The notes beneath the pieces are model-generated. The model made no database searches. It was not told the origin of the DNA and was given only the letters and a program-made list of their open reading frames with translations. The position numbers and the translations under genes were made by a program. Source: Halanaerobiales bacterium (GTDB taxonomy: Bacteria > Bacillota > Halanaerobiia > B1SED10-174). From it: DNA of 48,905 bases. The stretch spans positions 1-48,905 of the forward strand of contig PUNT01000198.1 in assembly GCA_003551905.1 (NCBI GenBank), in the 5' to 3' direction. Positions 28,628 through 39,009 of the stretch are shown here, one piece after another; positions within the stretch are counted from its first letter, which is position 1, and every line of letters starts with the position of its first letter.

Positions 28628-28810
28628 TCCTCTGTCCTTTTACCTGAGAGATTACCTTTAAGGCTGCCCCGTCGGTGCCAGCTTAAAAGCTGGAACTCTC
28701 CAGAGTCCTGTCCAGAAACGGTCCTGAAACCTGAGCGTTTCTTTAGAGGTTGCCAACCACTAAATTACGCCTTCGGTGCTAAAAAAAGCTCTCCCGTCCC
28801 TTTCATCCAG
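28628..28810 (-). promoter_or_regulatory. Tandem glycine riboswitch
   Basis: Minus strand has leader GGATGAA, aptamer 1 GGGAGAG...CACCGAAGGCG...CGCTCAGG...GGACC, and aptamer 2 CTCTGGAGAG...CACCGACGGGG...CTCTCAGG..AAAGGACAGAG, directly upstream of gcvT. Confidence 0.93.
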
Positions 28811-28835
28811 TCTATATTTGGTCTTTGTTTAAATA

Positions 28836-28860
28836 ATTCTTCTATTTATAAAAAACTCCT
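28836..28860 (-). promoter_or_regulatory. SigH-like promoter (AGG-N18-GAAT) for the gcv operon
   Basis: GCAGGAGTTTTTTATAAATAGAAGAAT about 25 nt upstream of the riboswitch leader. Confidence 0.65.
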
Positions 28861-28868
28861 GCACGAAA

Positions 28869-29501
28869 CTAGGAAAGAGGATAACTCTTACACTCTTTCT
28901 TGACTGGACACATTTCGCAACTTGGTTTCCGGGCATTACAGGTCTTTCTCCCATGTGCTATGAGGAGGTGATGAAGATCGATTATTTCCTCTTCAGGAAA
29001 CATCCCCACTACCTCATCTTCAACTTCCAGAGGAGTTTTCCCTTTGCTCAAACCCAGACGGCGAAGGACACGAAATACATGGGTATCAACAGCAAACGCT
29101 GGCTTGTTAAAACCAACTGATAGCATAACATTTGCCCCTTTTCGCCCTATCCCCGGTAACCTCATCAAATCTTCCCGGGAATCGGGTATCTCGCCCCCAA
29201 ATTCCTCCATCAGCATCCTGGCTGCAGCAATTAAGGCCCTGGCTTTATTCCTATAAAGACCTGTACCTTTTATGAGTTCAATAACTTCATCCTCACAGGC
29301 TGTTGCTAGCTTCTCTGCCTCCGGAAATTGGAGAAAAAGTCCTTCTGTTACCCTGTTAACCTGTTTATCTGTTGTCTGGGCAGAAAGAATTATGGCTACC
29401 AGAAGTTGAAATTTGTTTTCATATTGTAAAGCTGTCCTGAGTTGACCATAGTGGTTTTTCAATTTATCAAATATAAGTTTACCCTTATCTCTCTTATTCA
29501 A
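28869..29501 (-). CDS. nth: Endonuclease III (HhH-GPD DNA glycosylase/AP lyase)
   Basis: ILSAQTTD, LPGIGRKGANV, AVDTHV and the 4Fe-4S motif C-x6-C-x2-C-x5-C; TTG start 29501 after AGGGGG. Confidence 0.95.
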   Translation of the reverse strand: MNKRDKGKLIFDKLKNHYGQLRTALQYENKFQLLVAIILSAQTTDKQVNRVTEGLFLQFPEAEKLATACEDEVIELIKGTGLYRNKARALIAAARMLMEEFGGEIPDSREDLMRLPGIGRKGANVMLSVGFNKPAFAVDTHVFRVLRRLGLSKGKTPLEVEDEVVGMFPEEEIIDLHHLLIAHGRKTCNARKPSCEMCPVKKECKSYPLS

Positions 29502-29585
29502 TTTTGTTTTCCCCCTATAAATTGCCAGTACTATTGCTAGAGATTTTTTGTTATAATGGTTGCAATCTTTGTAAGGAGGTGGCAT

Positions 29586-30041
29586 ATGATTAGAAATATT
29601 TTCCTAGCAGCTGTAATAACCATACTCTTACCAGTTTTATTGCTAACCACTACAGCATCTGCAAGCCCCCAGATAACTCAAGATGATGAAAAATTAGATG
29701 TCCTGGCTCGCATTATATATGCCGAGGCGCGAGGTGAACCATATATTGGCCAGGTAGCTGTTGGAGCCGTAGTCTTAAACCGGGTAAAAAGTCCAGAGTT
29801 TCCTAACACTATACTGGATGTTATTTACCAGCCTCTGGCCTTCCAACCAGTTCAAACAGGCTGTTTTTACCTGAATCCTAACACACATGCATACAAGGCT
29901 GCCCGAGAAGCACTAACGGGACATGATCCAACAGATGGAGCTCTATATTTCTACAATCCGGACAAGGTAACAAATCCCTATAACTGGATATGGAGCAGGC
30001 CGGTATCTTTTAGAATAGGCAACCATCTTTTCTGCCATTAA
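29586..30041 (+). CDS. SleB/CwlJ-family cell-wall hydrolase (Hydrolase_2 domain only, with signal peptide)
   Basis: LARIIYAEARGEPYIGQVAVGAVVLNRV, DPTDGALYFYNP and IGNHLF; AAGGAGG RBS; extended -10 TGTTATAAT at 29549-29557. Confidence 0.9.
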   Translation: MIRNIFLAAVITILLPVLLLTTTASASPQITQDDEKLDVLARIIYAEARGEPYIGQVAVGAVVLNRVKSPEFPNTILDVIYQPLAFQPVQTGCFYLNPNTHAYKAAREALTGHDPTDGALYFYNPDKVTNPYNWIWSRPVSFRIGNHLFCH

Positions 30042-30066
30042 GGAACCCCCTCAGGGGGTTCCTTAA
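30038..30066. terminator. Palindromic stem-loop joining two convergent stop codons
   Basis: TTAAGGAACCCCC-TCA-GGGGGTTCCTTAA, 13-bp perfect arms. Confidence 0.7.
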
Positions 30067-32486
30067 TTCATTTCATTATCTTTTGCCTTTTCTTCTTGAT
30101 TTTCTTTTTTCATATATTCTGCCATGCTGGTAAGCTTTTTCTCCACCAGGTAGTTTAATGTCCCCTGGGGATAATTCCCAACCTCATCCCTTTCACCTGC
30201 TTTTAATCCTGTGAGAACTTCAATTCCTTCCGTTACATTCTTGATTGGATATATTAAAAGCTTTCCTTCCTTAACAGCGTTTTTCACCTCATCAGATAAA
30301 AGTAAGTTGTTAATATTCTGCTGGGGTATTATCACCCCTACTGCTCCTTCGATACCTTTAATTTTACACGCTTTATAGAAACCCTCCACTTTTTCTGTTA
30401 TACCTCCAACCGGCTGAACATCTCCTTTTTGATTAACCGAGCCTGTCACAGATATATTCTGTTTTATAGGCACCTGGGCCAGGTCAGAAAGAATTGCTAC
30501 TAATTCAGCAACTGAAGCACTATCTCCATCTACGCCTTGATAGTTCTGCTCAAAAGTAAGGCTGGCAGTAATTGAAAGGGGACTTCTGATTGCAAATTTA
30601 CTGCCTAAATAGCCAGAAATGATGAGTACTCCTTTGCTGTGAATCCGACCGCTCATCTTAACTTCTCTTTCAATATTAATGATCCCTTTACGTCCCAAAT
30701 AGGTAGCAGCAGTGATTTTTACAGCCTGACCAAATCTATAATCACCAAGATCGCTCACGGTCAGACCATTTATTTGCCCTATCTTTTCTCCTTCTAAGTC
30801 CAGGAGAATCTTGTCCTCCTCAAGCATGTGGTGAATTTTTTCTTCAATTTTGTTGGATCTGTATATTTTTTCTTCTATGGCCTCATGGACATGCTGCCTT
30901 CCCACCAGTTCAGAACTTTCTTTTTCTGCCATAGCCACTGCTTCATAGATTATTTCAACCAGTTCATTGAACCTGGTAGATAATTTTTCTTTTTGCCCGG
31001 CAATTCTGGCACTATATTCAGCAACTGCAATTACTCCATCGCGGCTGAAGTGTAACAAATCCTGCCCATTACAGTGGGAGCTTATGAAATTAGCCAGTTT
31101 GCTAACATTTTCTGCAGTTGCCTCCATTACCGTATCAAAATCAGCTTTTATTTTGAAGAGTTTGGCAAAATCCTCATCGTACTGATGTAGTATCTGATAA
31201 ACAAAAGGATCACCAATAAGTAACACCTTTACTTTCAGGGGGATGGGTTCTGGTTTAAGAGTGCTTATTGTTAAGAACCCAAGGTATTCCCCTATATTCT
31301 CAATAACAACGCTCTTATTCTTCAAAGCCCGCTTCAATGCCTCCCAGGCCTGGGCATGCCCGAACATGTCTCTGGCATGAATGACCAGATAACCACCATT
31401 GGCCCGGTGTAGGCTACCTGGTTTTATAAATGTATAGTCAGTTACCATGGCTCCCATACGGTTCTGATATTCTACCTTGCCGGTGAGGTTGCTGTAGGTG
31501 GGATTGCTCTCTATTACCACCGGAGCCCCTTTTAAATTATGGTTATCGATAAAAAGATTGACTCGATACTTCATCTTGGGATCTTCTTGTCTCTGGGGTG
31601 CCATGAAAGGCAGAGGAGATGTTTCCTCCTCTTTATCCTTGAAATCATCTATGTTCTTAATTATATTTTCCTTAACTGCCTCCAGGTACCCCTTTAACTT
31701 GTCATTATCTTCATATTTCTGCTTGACATCGTCTATTGGCCCATCAATGGCATGGTGAGCTATCCGTGCATCCAATTCCTCCAGGGCTTCCTTCCCTTCC
31801 CTTTCCAGTTGCCTGATCTGTCGGAGAGCATCGGATATCATTTCCTGTACTTCTCTTGATTTCTGCCCTATCTCTTCCCGCTCCTCAGGACTGAGCTGAT
31901 TAAATTCCTCCTGTTTTAGTGGTTGACCATCTCTTTGGGGAACCGTCATAAGTCCTGTAGGTTTTCGCTGAATAATGAATCCTTTTTCCCGGGCCTTTCT
32001 ATCGATCTCATTAGAAATTTCCTGCTGTTTTTCTTTATAACCCTTAAGAACCTCATTTCTCTGCCGTTCATATTCATCACCAGAAAATGTCTTTCTTATT
32101 TCCTCTTGAATTTCGTCTATCAATTCATCCATCTGCTTACAAAATTCTTGTCCCTTGCCAGCTGGTAAATTTATGGCAACAGGACGGTCTGGGTTCTTGA
32201 AATTATGCACATATATCCAGTCACCTGGAGTGTTCTCCTTGGCTGCTTTCTTTTTTACAGCCTCTCTAATGTAGGTAATCTTCCCTGTTCCCGGTGGGCC
32301 AGCCACAAAAATATTATAGCCGGGCTGTTTTATATCCAGACCAAATTCAACAGCTTTCACTGCTCTTTTCTGACCAATCATCCCCTCTAGAGAGGGGATC
32401 TCAGCAGTGCTATGAAAATCTGGCAACATGTCAGCAAAGGGAGCAGTCAATAAATCCGATACAAGGGGTTTCACTTCCTCTGTCAA
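30063..32486 (-). CDS. LonC/LonB-like protease (AAA_32 + Lon protease domain)
   Basis: IGQKRA, GPPGTGK, IKPGSLHRANGG, Ser-Lys dyad VDGDSAS...GGITEK. Start probably TTG 32486; the ORF track gives GTG 32495. Confidence 0.9.
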   Translation of the reverse strand: MTEEVKPLVSDLLTAPFADMLPDFHSTAEIPSLEGMIGQKRAVKAVEFGLDIKQPGYNIFVAGPPGTGKITYIREAVKKKAAKENTPGDWIYVHNFKNPDRPVAINLPAGKGQEFCKQMDELIDEIQEEIRKTFSGDEYERQRNEVLKGYKEKQQEISNEIDRKAREKGFIIQRKPTGLMTVPQRDGQPLKQEEFNQLSPEEREEIGQKSREVQEMISDALRQIRQLEREGKEALEELDARIAHHAIDGPIDDVKQKYEDNDKLKGYLEAVKENIIKNIDDFKDKEEETSPLPFMAPQRQEDPKMKYRVNLFIDNHNLKGAPVVIESNPTYSNLTGKVEYQNRMGAMVTDYTFIKPGSLHRANGGYLVIHARDMFGHAQAWEALKRALKNKSVVIENIGEYLGFLTISTLKPEPIPLKVKVLLIGDPFVYQILHQYDEDFAKLFKIKADFDTVMEATAENVSKLANFISSHCNGQDLLHFSRDGVIAVAEYSARIAGQKEKLSTRFNELVEIIYEAVAMAEKESSELVGRQHVHEAIEEKIYRSNKIEEKIHHMLEEDKILLDLEGEKIGQINGLTVSDLGDYRFGQAVKITAATYLGRKGIINIEREVKMSGRIHSKGVLIISGYLGSKFAIRSPLSITASLTFEQNYQGVDGDSASVAELVAILSDLAQVPIKQNISVTGSVNQKGDVQPVGGITEKVEGFYKACKIKGIEGAVGVIIPQQNINNLLLSDEVKNAVKEGKLLIYPIKNVTEGIEVLTGLKAGERDEVGNYPQGTLNYLVEKKLTSMAEYMKKENQEEKAKDNEMN

Positions 32487-32510
32487 AAAAATCACTCCTC
32501 TCTTATCTAC

Positions 32511-33575
32511 CTAATTCTGAGGAAGTTTTTCTTGCAAAAAATCTTTTATCTCTCTTGCTGCTTTTTCAACATTGATTCCCTGCACCTCTAAGTGAAAAGC
32601 AGCAAACTTTTTGATTGAAACTTCGTACAGGGGGTCATAATAGTACCTCAGCATCATCTCTACAAACTTGCTATACTGACCTTTCTTTAAAACCTCTTCT
32701 AGACTTCTATAACCATGGTTACCAATCCTGCCTACAATTCTTTTAGCGATTTTAGCCAGTGCTTGACTGGCATCATCAGCTATATTCGGGTTTTTTAGCT
32801 GCCCTCTATATTCTAATAAAATGTTCTTCACCCTTTTTTCAAGGGGGGTCTCAATTAAAATATTAATCCCCTGCTTCCTGACATCATCCCAGAAAAATGA
32901 AGGCAGGTATATATTCCCCAAGCGTTTTGACTCACCTTCTATTATAATATACGGAGCTTTATAAAGCTCCTGCAATCTTTTCCAAAGCCAGGCATCAAAG
33001 TGTTTTTGTCCATGGGATCTGGAAAAACCTATTTCGCCAAATACAGAGCCTCGATGCCCGGCCAGTGCTTCTAAATCTACAACTGGTAAGCCTTTTTTTT
33101 CCAGTTCTTTCACAATATTGGATTTACCAGCACCAGTTTTACCATGAATGGTTACCAGGGGGCCGGGAAGTTCATATGCTTTTAAAAAATCAAGCACATA
33201 TTTGCGAAAAGCCCGGTAGCCTCCTTTCAGCAAATAAACTGGGATCTCCAGCAAAACTGCCACTTTCTTTACTGATCTGCTGCGCAGCCCTCCTCTCCAG
33301 CAAAACAGAACGACCTGGCCATTTCCTGTTAGTTTCCTTATGGACTTAAGGAGAGCCGGTAGCCGCTCTGATACCAGTTCAAATCCGTACATGAGGGCTC
33401 TTTCCCGAGACTCTTCTGTATATATCCTGCCTATTTCCTGCCTTTCCTCCTCATCAAACAGAGGCAGGTTAACCGCACCGGGGATCGTCCCACTTTCATA
33501 CTCACTTCTAGTTCTCAAATCTATATAAACAGGGGACAGCAACTTAAAAGTCTCCCTGAAAGCAATCTCCTCCAT
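32511..33575 (-). CDS. selU: tRNA 2-selenouridine synthase
   Basis: Rhodanese motif FCWRGGLRS, GGYRAFR, P-loop GKTGAGKS, DLEALAGHRGSVFG, EGESKRLG and YYDPLY. Confidence 0.92.
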   Translation of the reverse strand: MEEIAFRETFKLLSPVYIDLRTRSEYESGTIPGAVNLPLFDEEERQEIGRIYTEESRERALMYGFELVSERLPALLKSIRKLTGNGQVVLFCWRGGLRSRSVKKVAVLLEIPVYLLKGGYRAFRKYVLDFLKAYELPGPLVTIHGKTGAGKSNIVKELEKKGLPVVDLEALAGHRGSVFGEIGFSRSHGQKHFDAWLWKRLQELYKAPYIIIEGESKRLGNIYLPSFFWDDVRKQGINILIETPLEKRVKNILLEYRGQLKNPNIADDASQALAKIAKRIVGRIGNHGYRSLEEVLKKGQYSKFVEMMLRYYYDPLYEVSIKKFAAFHLEVQGINVEKAAREIKDFLQEKLPQN

Positions 33576-33577
33576 TT

Positions 33578-34870
33578 TTACTCATCCTCAGTAAAGGGCT
33601 CAACAATTGAAAAAGAAGACCTTTCTTCCACAATATCTCTTTCTAGCACCTCCATCAAATCACCTGTTTCTACCTTTTCTAGCTGCAGAAAATGATGGGA
33701 GAGCTTCACCCCCCTGCGGCAATCCTTAATGAACTGCCCGGCCAGAACTTCTAGAGAATTCAAGCCTGATATGAAACTTCCCCATAATTTTTTCTTTGCC
33801 CTTTCCAGGTCCTGAATATCCAATCCCTCATCTTTTACTTTCTCAATGATTTTCAGTAACCTTTTTCTTAGCTCCTCAGGGTTACTGGTTCTGCCACCCA
33901 TTATCATATGGCCAAAGCTTTTTTCACCAGAAAAACTTGTGGAAAAACCATCATCAACCAGACCCTCATCGTACAGTTCATAAAATGCTGGCGAACCACT
34001 CCCCAGTATTATATCCAGGAGCAAGGCGTAAATCAGCTCTCGTTTCAATAAGCCCAGGCCTGTACATGGATGTTCAACTGCTCTAAAACCAAGGTGCACA
34101 ATAGGTTGGGAGATACTTAAATATTCCCGGCTCTCTCTTCTATTTACATGTTCCGGCTCAGGGACTGGCAAAAAGGAAAACTCCCTATCCGCAGGAAATT
34201 TCCGCCTGCTCTGATTATCTTCAATTAGTTCAAGAACTCTTGCCGGGTCCAAATCTCCAAGCAAAATAAAAACCATATTTTCTGGATGATAGAAAGTCTC
34301 ATAACAAAATTCAATAATCTCACGGTCAATGGATAAAACACTCTCCTCTGTACCGGCAATATCATTGCGAATGGGGTGGTTATGATAAAGCCCCTGTAGA
34401 AGATTAAAAAATGCTCTCCATTCTGGATGATCCCTATACATTTTTATTTCTTGCAATATCACTTTTTTCTCTTTTTCCAATCCTTCTTCAGTCAGATAGA
34501 GGTTTTGCACAAAATCCAGCATCAGGTTCAGGCATACATCTAAATGCTCCCAGGTAGAAAAAAGGTAATTGGTACTGTGCAAACTGGTAAATGCATTGCA
34601 GGAAGCACCTATTGCAGCAAATTTGTTGAATACATTTTCGCCAGTTTCTTCAGCAAATATTTTATGTTCCAAAAAATGCGCTGCCCCTTCCGGTATCTCG
34701 CAAATTTTATCAGCAATCTTTACCCGGTTATTTGTAGAGCCAAAGGGAGTAGAAAACAGTCCATACTTCTTTTGGAAACCAGGAAAAGGCCAGATAACGG
34801 TTGTCAGGCCTGAACTCACTTTCTTTATGACCGGCTCTTCTTTTCTTAAAGTTTCCAGTAAAGAAGCCAC
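33578..34870 (-). CDS. ymfH: M16 family Zn peptidase (YmfH-like, active-site subunit)
   Basis: PEGAAHFLEHKIF (HxxEH), NAFTS, QEIKMY and FYHPENM. Confidence 0.88.
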   Translation of the reverse strand: MASLLETLRKEEPVIKKVSSGLTTVIWPFPGFQKKYGLFSTPFGSTNNRVKIADKICEIPEGAAHFLEHKIFAEETGENVFNKFAAIGASCNAFTSLHSTNYLFSTWEHLDVCLNLMLDFVQNLYLTEEGLEKEKKVILQEIKMYRDHPEWRAFFNLLQGLYHNHPIRNDIAGTEESVLSIDREIIEFCYETFYHPENMVFILLGDLDPARVLELIEDNQSRRKFPADREFSFLPVPEPEHVNRRESREYLSISQPIVHLGFRAVEHPCTGLGLLKRELIYALLLDIILGSGSPAFYELYDEGLVDDGFSTSFSGEKSFGHMIMGGRTSNPEELRKRLLKIIEKVKDEGLDIQDLERAKKKLWGSFISGLNSLEVLAGQFIKDCRRGVKLSHHFLQLEKVETGDLMEVLERDIVEERSSFSIVEPFTEDE

Positions 34871-36154
34871 TTAGATAACCTCCCTTGTTCCGGGCTGCAA
34901 AAAATAGACTGTATCTTCACTCAGCATATTACAAGCTTCAACAATATCAGCTATTTCCACACTGTTAATTTCTTGAATCAACTGGTTGGTACTTTTGGGG
35001 TTGAAATTTAAAACTCCCAGCAGGTGAATGCTGGTCAGATCAAAACCATCATCCTCAACAATCTTCAGCTGACTGATGAGGGATTTCCTGGTATACCCTA
35101 GTTCCTCAGGAGATATTTTGCCCTGTTTCATCTCCTCAATCTGTCCTTTCACTATTTCCACTGTTTCATGAAAATTTTGGTCATCTATGCCAGCAGAAAC
35201 TACAAGAAGACCTTTGGTGGATTCCAGGCTGGAAAAAATATAATAAGCTAGGCCCCTCTCTTCTCTAACCTGTCGGAAAAGACGGGCGTGGGGAAAACCT
35301 CCCAGAAGGCCGTTAGCCATGAGTAATGCAGCAAACTCTGATGATCTCCTGGTTATTCCTGTTCGATAACCCATTATCAGTTTCCCCTGGCTAATTGTAT
35401 CCTCCTCCACAACAACCTTCTCCTGATCCGGTTTTTTATTAATATTCTCAACATATTGAAAATCTGTTTGGCGATCAGGAAATTTACTCCCTATGATTTC
35501 CATTACTCTACTGAATTCCATATCTCCTACAGAAAATATATAAACCGGCACTCGGGCAAAGTAATTCTGATAATGCTCATAGAGACTCTTTTCTGTAATA
35601 CTCTCCAGTTGTGCACAATCACCATATCTATATATGGCAAATGGTTCTCCCCGGCACATCTCCTGGAAACATCTTTCCATGGCATACTCCATCTTATTAT
35701 TCTTTAAACTTTTTATTTCTTCCACCAGGGTTCGTTTTTCACTATTAACATAGGTCTTTTTAAAACCATCATCCAGTACCAGAGGATTGAACAGTAACTG
35801 TGTGAGCATTTGGACTGCTTCTGGAAAAACATCCTGCCCTGGGGGCAGATAAGCAGAATTCACTGTTTCCAGGGAAAAATCAACTAGCTGCCATTCCCCC
35901 CTTTTTCTCACATCCACTGCCAGGTCTGTACCGTAGAGATCTTCCAGCCTTCGGACCATATCCAGGGTCTTTGGGTACCGGGCTGTCCCCCGAAAGAGAA
36001 CAAAGGGTAAAAGAGCATTATAACTTGCCAGGTTATTCAGCTGAACCGGCATAATACATTTGAGGAAGTTTGTCCGGAACTTATCAGTCTGCAGGTGATG
36101 CAAAATAGCTCCTTTTTCCTTTATTTCCTGGGAGAAAAAACTCCTTTCCATCAA
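34871..36154 (-). CDS. ymfF: M16 family inactive partner subunit (YmfF-like)
   Basis: TDKFRT, QGKLIMGY and LLGGFPHARLFRQVREERGLAYY; no HxxEH. Confidence 0.85.
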   Translation of the reverse strand: MMERSFFSQEIKEKGAILHHLQTDKFRTNFLKCIMPVQLNNLASYNALLPFVLFRGTARYPKTLDMVRRLEDLYGTDLAVDVRKRGEWQLVDFSLETVNSAYLPPGQDVFPEAVQMLTQLLFNPLVLDDGFKKTYVNSEKRTLVEEIKSLKNNKMEYAMERCFQEMCRGEPFAIYRYGDCAQLESITEKSLYEHYQNYFARVPVYIFSVGDMEFSRVMEIIGSKFPDRQTDFQYVENINKKPDQEKVVVEEDTISQGKLIMGYRTGITRRSSEFAALLMANGLLGGFPHARLFRQVREERGLAYYIFSSLESTKGLLVVSAGIDDQNFHETVEIVKGQIEEMKQGKISPEELGYTRKSLISQLKIVEDDGFDLTSIHLLGVLNFNPKSTNQLIQEINSVEIADIVEACNMLSEDTVYFLQPGTREVI

Positions 36155-36156
36155 TG

Positions 36157-38901
36157 CTAAAACTCCTCTTCAATGATTTTAGAAAGCCTGTTTAATATCT
36201 CTTCCAGATCCTCCTGCAATTGCCCATATTCACTCCAATTACCATCCCTGAGAGCTTGCTGCGCTTCTTGGAACAATTCTCCAACCCGCTGTACCAGTTC
36301 AAACACATCATAAATTTCTTCATCAATAATCACTTTCTTTTCTATCTCTGCTGGCAACTCTTCTTCTATTCTTTCACCTACCAGCACTCTCAATGCATCC
36401 TCAACAGTTTCCTCCATTACTACCTTGTCACCTGCTGCCATTATAACTCTTCTAACTTGTGGGATTTGAGCTTCCTCTGACTCCAGGAATAACGGTTCCA
36501 CATATAGCACAGTTCCACCTATGGGAATTACCAGGAGATTTCCCCTGATTACCCTTGAGCCTCTCTGATCCCATAAAGAAATCTGCCGGGAAATTTCACC
36601 ATCCTGGTCGATCCGGGCTTCTATCTGCATGGGGCCAAAAGCCAATCTGTCCTTGGGAAAATGATAGAGAACCAGTTCTCCGTACCTTCCAGGGTCACAG
36701 AGAGCTGCCATCCAGGCAACCATATTGTTTCGCCCTACAGGAGTAAAGGGCAGCATCAAAACAAATTCCAGCTCATCTTCCCCAGGCAACTGCAGCAATG
36801 TATAATAAGGAGTCATATTTATAATCCTATCCCCATACCTTTCCCGGGGTAAATCCCATTGATCTTCTCTATTATAGAATACCCGAGAATCTTTCATATG
36901 ATAAGTGGTCAAAACTCTACTTTGCAGTGTGAAAAAATCTTCTGGGTAACGAAGGTGATTCTCAAGCCCTTGGGGCATCTCATCAATGGATTTAAATAGG
37001 TCCGGGAATATCTTATCATAGGTCTGGATAATGGGGTCATCTTCATCAATTATATAAAATTCTACAGTACCATTATAAGCATCTATAACAATTTTAACCG
37101 AGTTTCGCACATAGTTTCCCCACTGCCCATAAGGCTCTGAGTAAGGGAAATTACTGGATATGGTATAGGCATCCTGTATCCAGAAAATGCGTCCATCATG
37201 GATTACAGTATATGGATCCTGATCGTATTGCAGAAAAGGAGCTATCTTTCTAACTCTATCGTGAATGATTCTGTCAAACATAACTCTGCTTTCAGCTGTA
37301 ATATCACTGGCCAGAAGTATCTGTATACTCCTGAAACGCAAAGCAAATGCCAGCCTGCGCATGAAGTTGTCTACAGGTATGCCTCCTATCCCTTCATAGT
37401 GAACATAAACATTGTCATCTCCCCGGGGATAATGGAACTCGCCCCCCTCATTATTAGCAACAACATATTCTGGAGCACTTTCCCCATAATAGATGGCCGG
37501 ATTCTCTATGGTCAGATCGACTACTGATGCAGGGGGAATGTCGCGAATATAAAACTCAGGAAAACCTTCTGAAGTGAAGTTACTGACTGGATTCAAAACC
37601 ATACCCATGCCATGTGTGTATCTCAAGGCCTGATTAACCCAGGTCTTGGCTCTTTCTGGCAGGAGGTTTTGGTCAAGCTCTCTTGGAGCAAGCATTACCT
37701 GTTGATACTCCCCATCAATTACATAACGGTCAATATCCACCCTGTTGAAAACATAATATGGTCGTCTTTCCTCCAGTTGCCGATAGGTTTCCAGTATAGG
37801 CCTCCAGTCCCAAATGCGTAAATTATTAATTGTCAATCTATTCTCCTCAACCGTAGCCCAGTCCAGTTCTCCATCCAGGGGAAAATCCACTTCCCGGATA
37901 TTATCTAACCCGAAAGCATAGTTGGTAAATCTTATGTTGTTAGCTATAAATTCTTCTTCTAGGGCAATTTCATTTGGCTCTACTCGCAACCTCTGAATAA
38001 TCCCTGGATATACTGTTCCTGCCAGAAAAGCTACTAAAAGCCATGCCACTATTAGAACAGGCACATGTTTTCTTGTTCTCAGGAAAATGGAGATCAAGAG
38101 AATAACTCCCATAACCAGGAGCATTATTGATAAAATATTGAGAACTGGCATTTTTATGTTAGCATCTACATAACCAGGGCCAAAAACAACACCCTCCCGG
38201 GAGAATAAGAGCATGTGCATATCCAGACGGTAACCCCACCCCCGGAGCAGGAGAAAAAGTCCACCTAAAAAGCATAGATGCTTCTGCCCCGATGTGGAGA
38301 TGTTTACCATCTTCGTGGATGTTCGTCCTAAATAAACATATATAACACCAAGAATGACCAGCGTTACACCTAGCATTAGCAGGCCAGATTCAAACAGAAA
38401 GCGGAAAAAAGGTAGTTGAAAAACATAAAAACCTGCATCCTGCCCCAGTATTGGCTCCACCACACCAAAATCAGTTCGATTCAAATAAAAAAGAAGGTCT
38501 CGCCAGGCCTGAGGATTAAAAGCACTGAATATTATGGCCATAATTATTGAAATCAAAGCCAAAAACCAGCTGGCAGCCCGACTGCTAATATCTTTAAAGA
38601 TTGAGTTTCCTCCTTCGGGCTTACCTATATCAATTACATTTGGAGCCATCTCCCTTTTCAAATGAAAGAGCAATGCTTTTTTAACTACAAGAAAATTTAA
38701 GAAGAAAAACAATGCAAATACTGCAATCTGGGCTATCCTTATACCAGTATTGGTAAAGAGTATTTTCCAGAAAACGCTCAGGTAATCAACTTCTTTGTAC
38801 CATAAGATTTCTGTGTAAAAAGTCACAATTGTGTGCAAGAAGAATACTATGAGGAGAATTAACCCACCCAGTATCCATTTACCTTTACCCCTAATACCCA
38901 T
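36157..38901 (-). CDS. UPF0182 family membrane protein
   Basis: About 7 TM helices; NLRIWD, VDIDRY, YTHG, KIAPFLQYDQDPY, NYVRNSVK, RGNLLVIP and YVEPLF. Confidence 0.93.
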   Translation of the reverse strand: MGIRGKGKWILGGLILLIVFFLHTIVTFYTEILWYKEVDYLSVFWKILFTNTGIRIAQIAVFALFFFLNFLVVKKALLFHLKREMAPNVIDIGKPEGGNSIFKDISSRAASWFLALISIIMAIIFSAFNPQAWRDLLFYLNRTDFGVVEPILGQDAGFYVFQLPFFRFLFESGLLMLGVTLVILGVIYVYLGRTSTKMVNISTSGQKHLCFLGGLFLLLRGWGYRLDMHMLLFSREGVVFGPGYVDANIKMPVLNILSIMLLVMGVILLISIFLRTRKHVPVLIVAWLLVAFLAGTVYPGIIQRLRVEPNEIALEEEFIANNIRFTNYAFGLDNIREVDFPLDGELDWATVEENRLTINNLRIWDWRPILETYRQLEERRPYYVFNRVDIDRYVIDGEYQQVMLAPRELDQNLLPERAKTWVNQALRYTHGMGMVLNPVSNFTSEGFPEFYIRDIPPASVVDLTIENPAIYYGESAPEYVVANNEGGEFHYPRGDDNVYVHYEGIGGIPVDNFMRRLAFALRFRSIQILLASDITAESRVMFDRIIHDRVRKIAPFLQYDQDPYTVIHDGRIFWIQDAYTISSNFPYSEPYGQWGNYVRNSVKIVIDAYNGTVEFYIIDEDDPIIQTYDKIFPDLFKSIDEMPQGLENHLRYPEDFFTLQSRVLTTYHMKDSRVFYNREDQWDLPRERYGDRIINMTPYYTLLQLPGEDELEFVLMLPFTPVGRNNMVAWMAALCDPGRYGELVLYHFPKDRLAFGPMQIEARIDQDGEISRQISLWDQRGSRVIRGNLLVIPIGGTVLYVEPLFLESEEAQIPQVRRVIMAAGDKVVMEETVEDALRVLVGERIEEELPAEIEKKVIIDEEIYDVFELVQRVGELFQEAQQALRDGNWSEYGQLQEDLEEILNRLSKIIEEEF

Positions 38902-39009
38902 TCTGTAAACCCCCTGTTTTTAAAAATTAAAATATTTATCATGGGCAAATATTTTCCTGCTTGTAAAACAGCTTTACCAGTCAGCAAGCTTCCCTCTCGT
39001 TTATGCTAA

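Noticed and set aside
28601-28903. 100-aa + strand ORF
   Set aside because: It is the antisense shadow of the tandem glycine riboswitch and promoter; no RBS or recognisable motif.
32511-33575. Selenocysteine (UGA) read-through in nearby genes, prompted by selU
   Set aside because: Genes ending in TGA are already full-length for their families, and I saw no split ORF.
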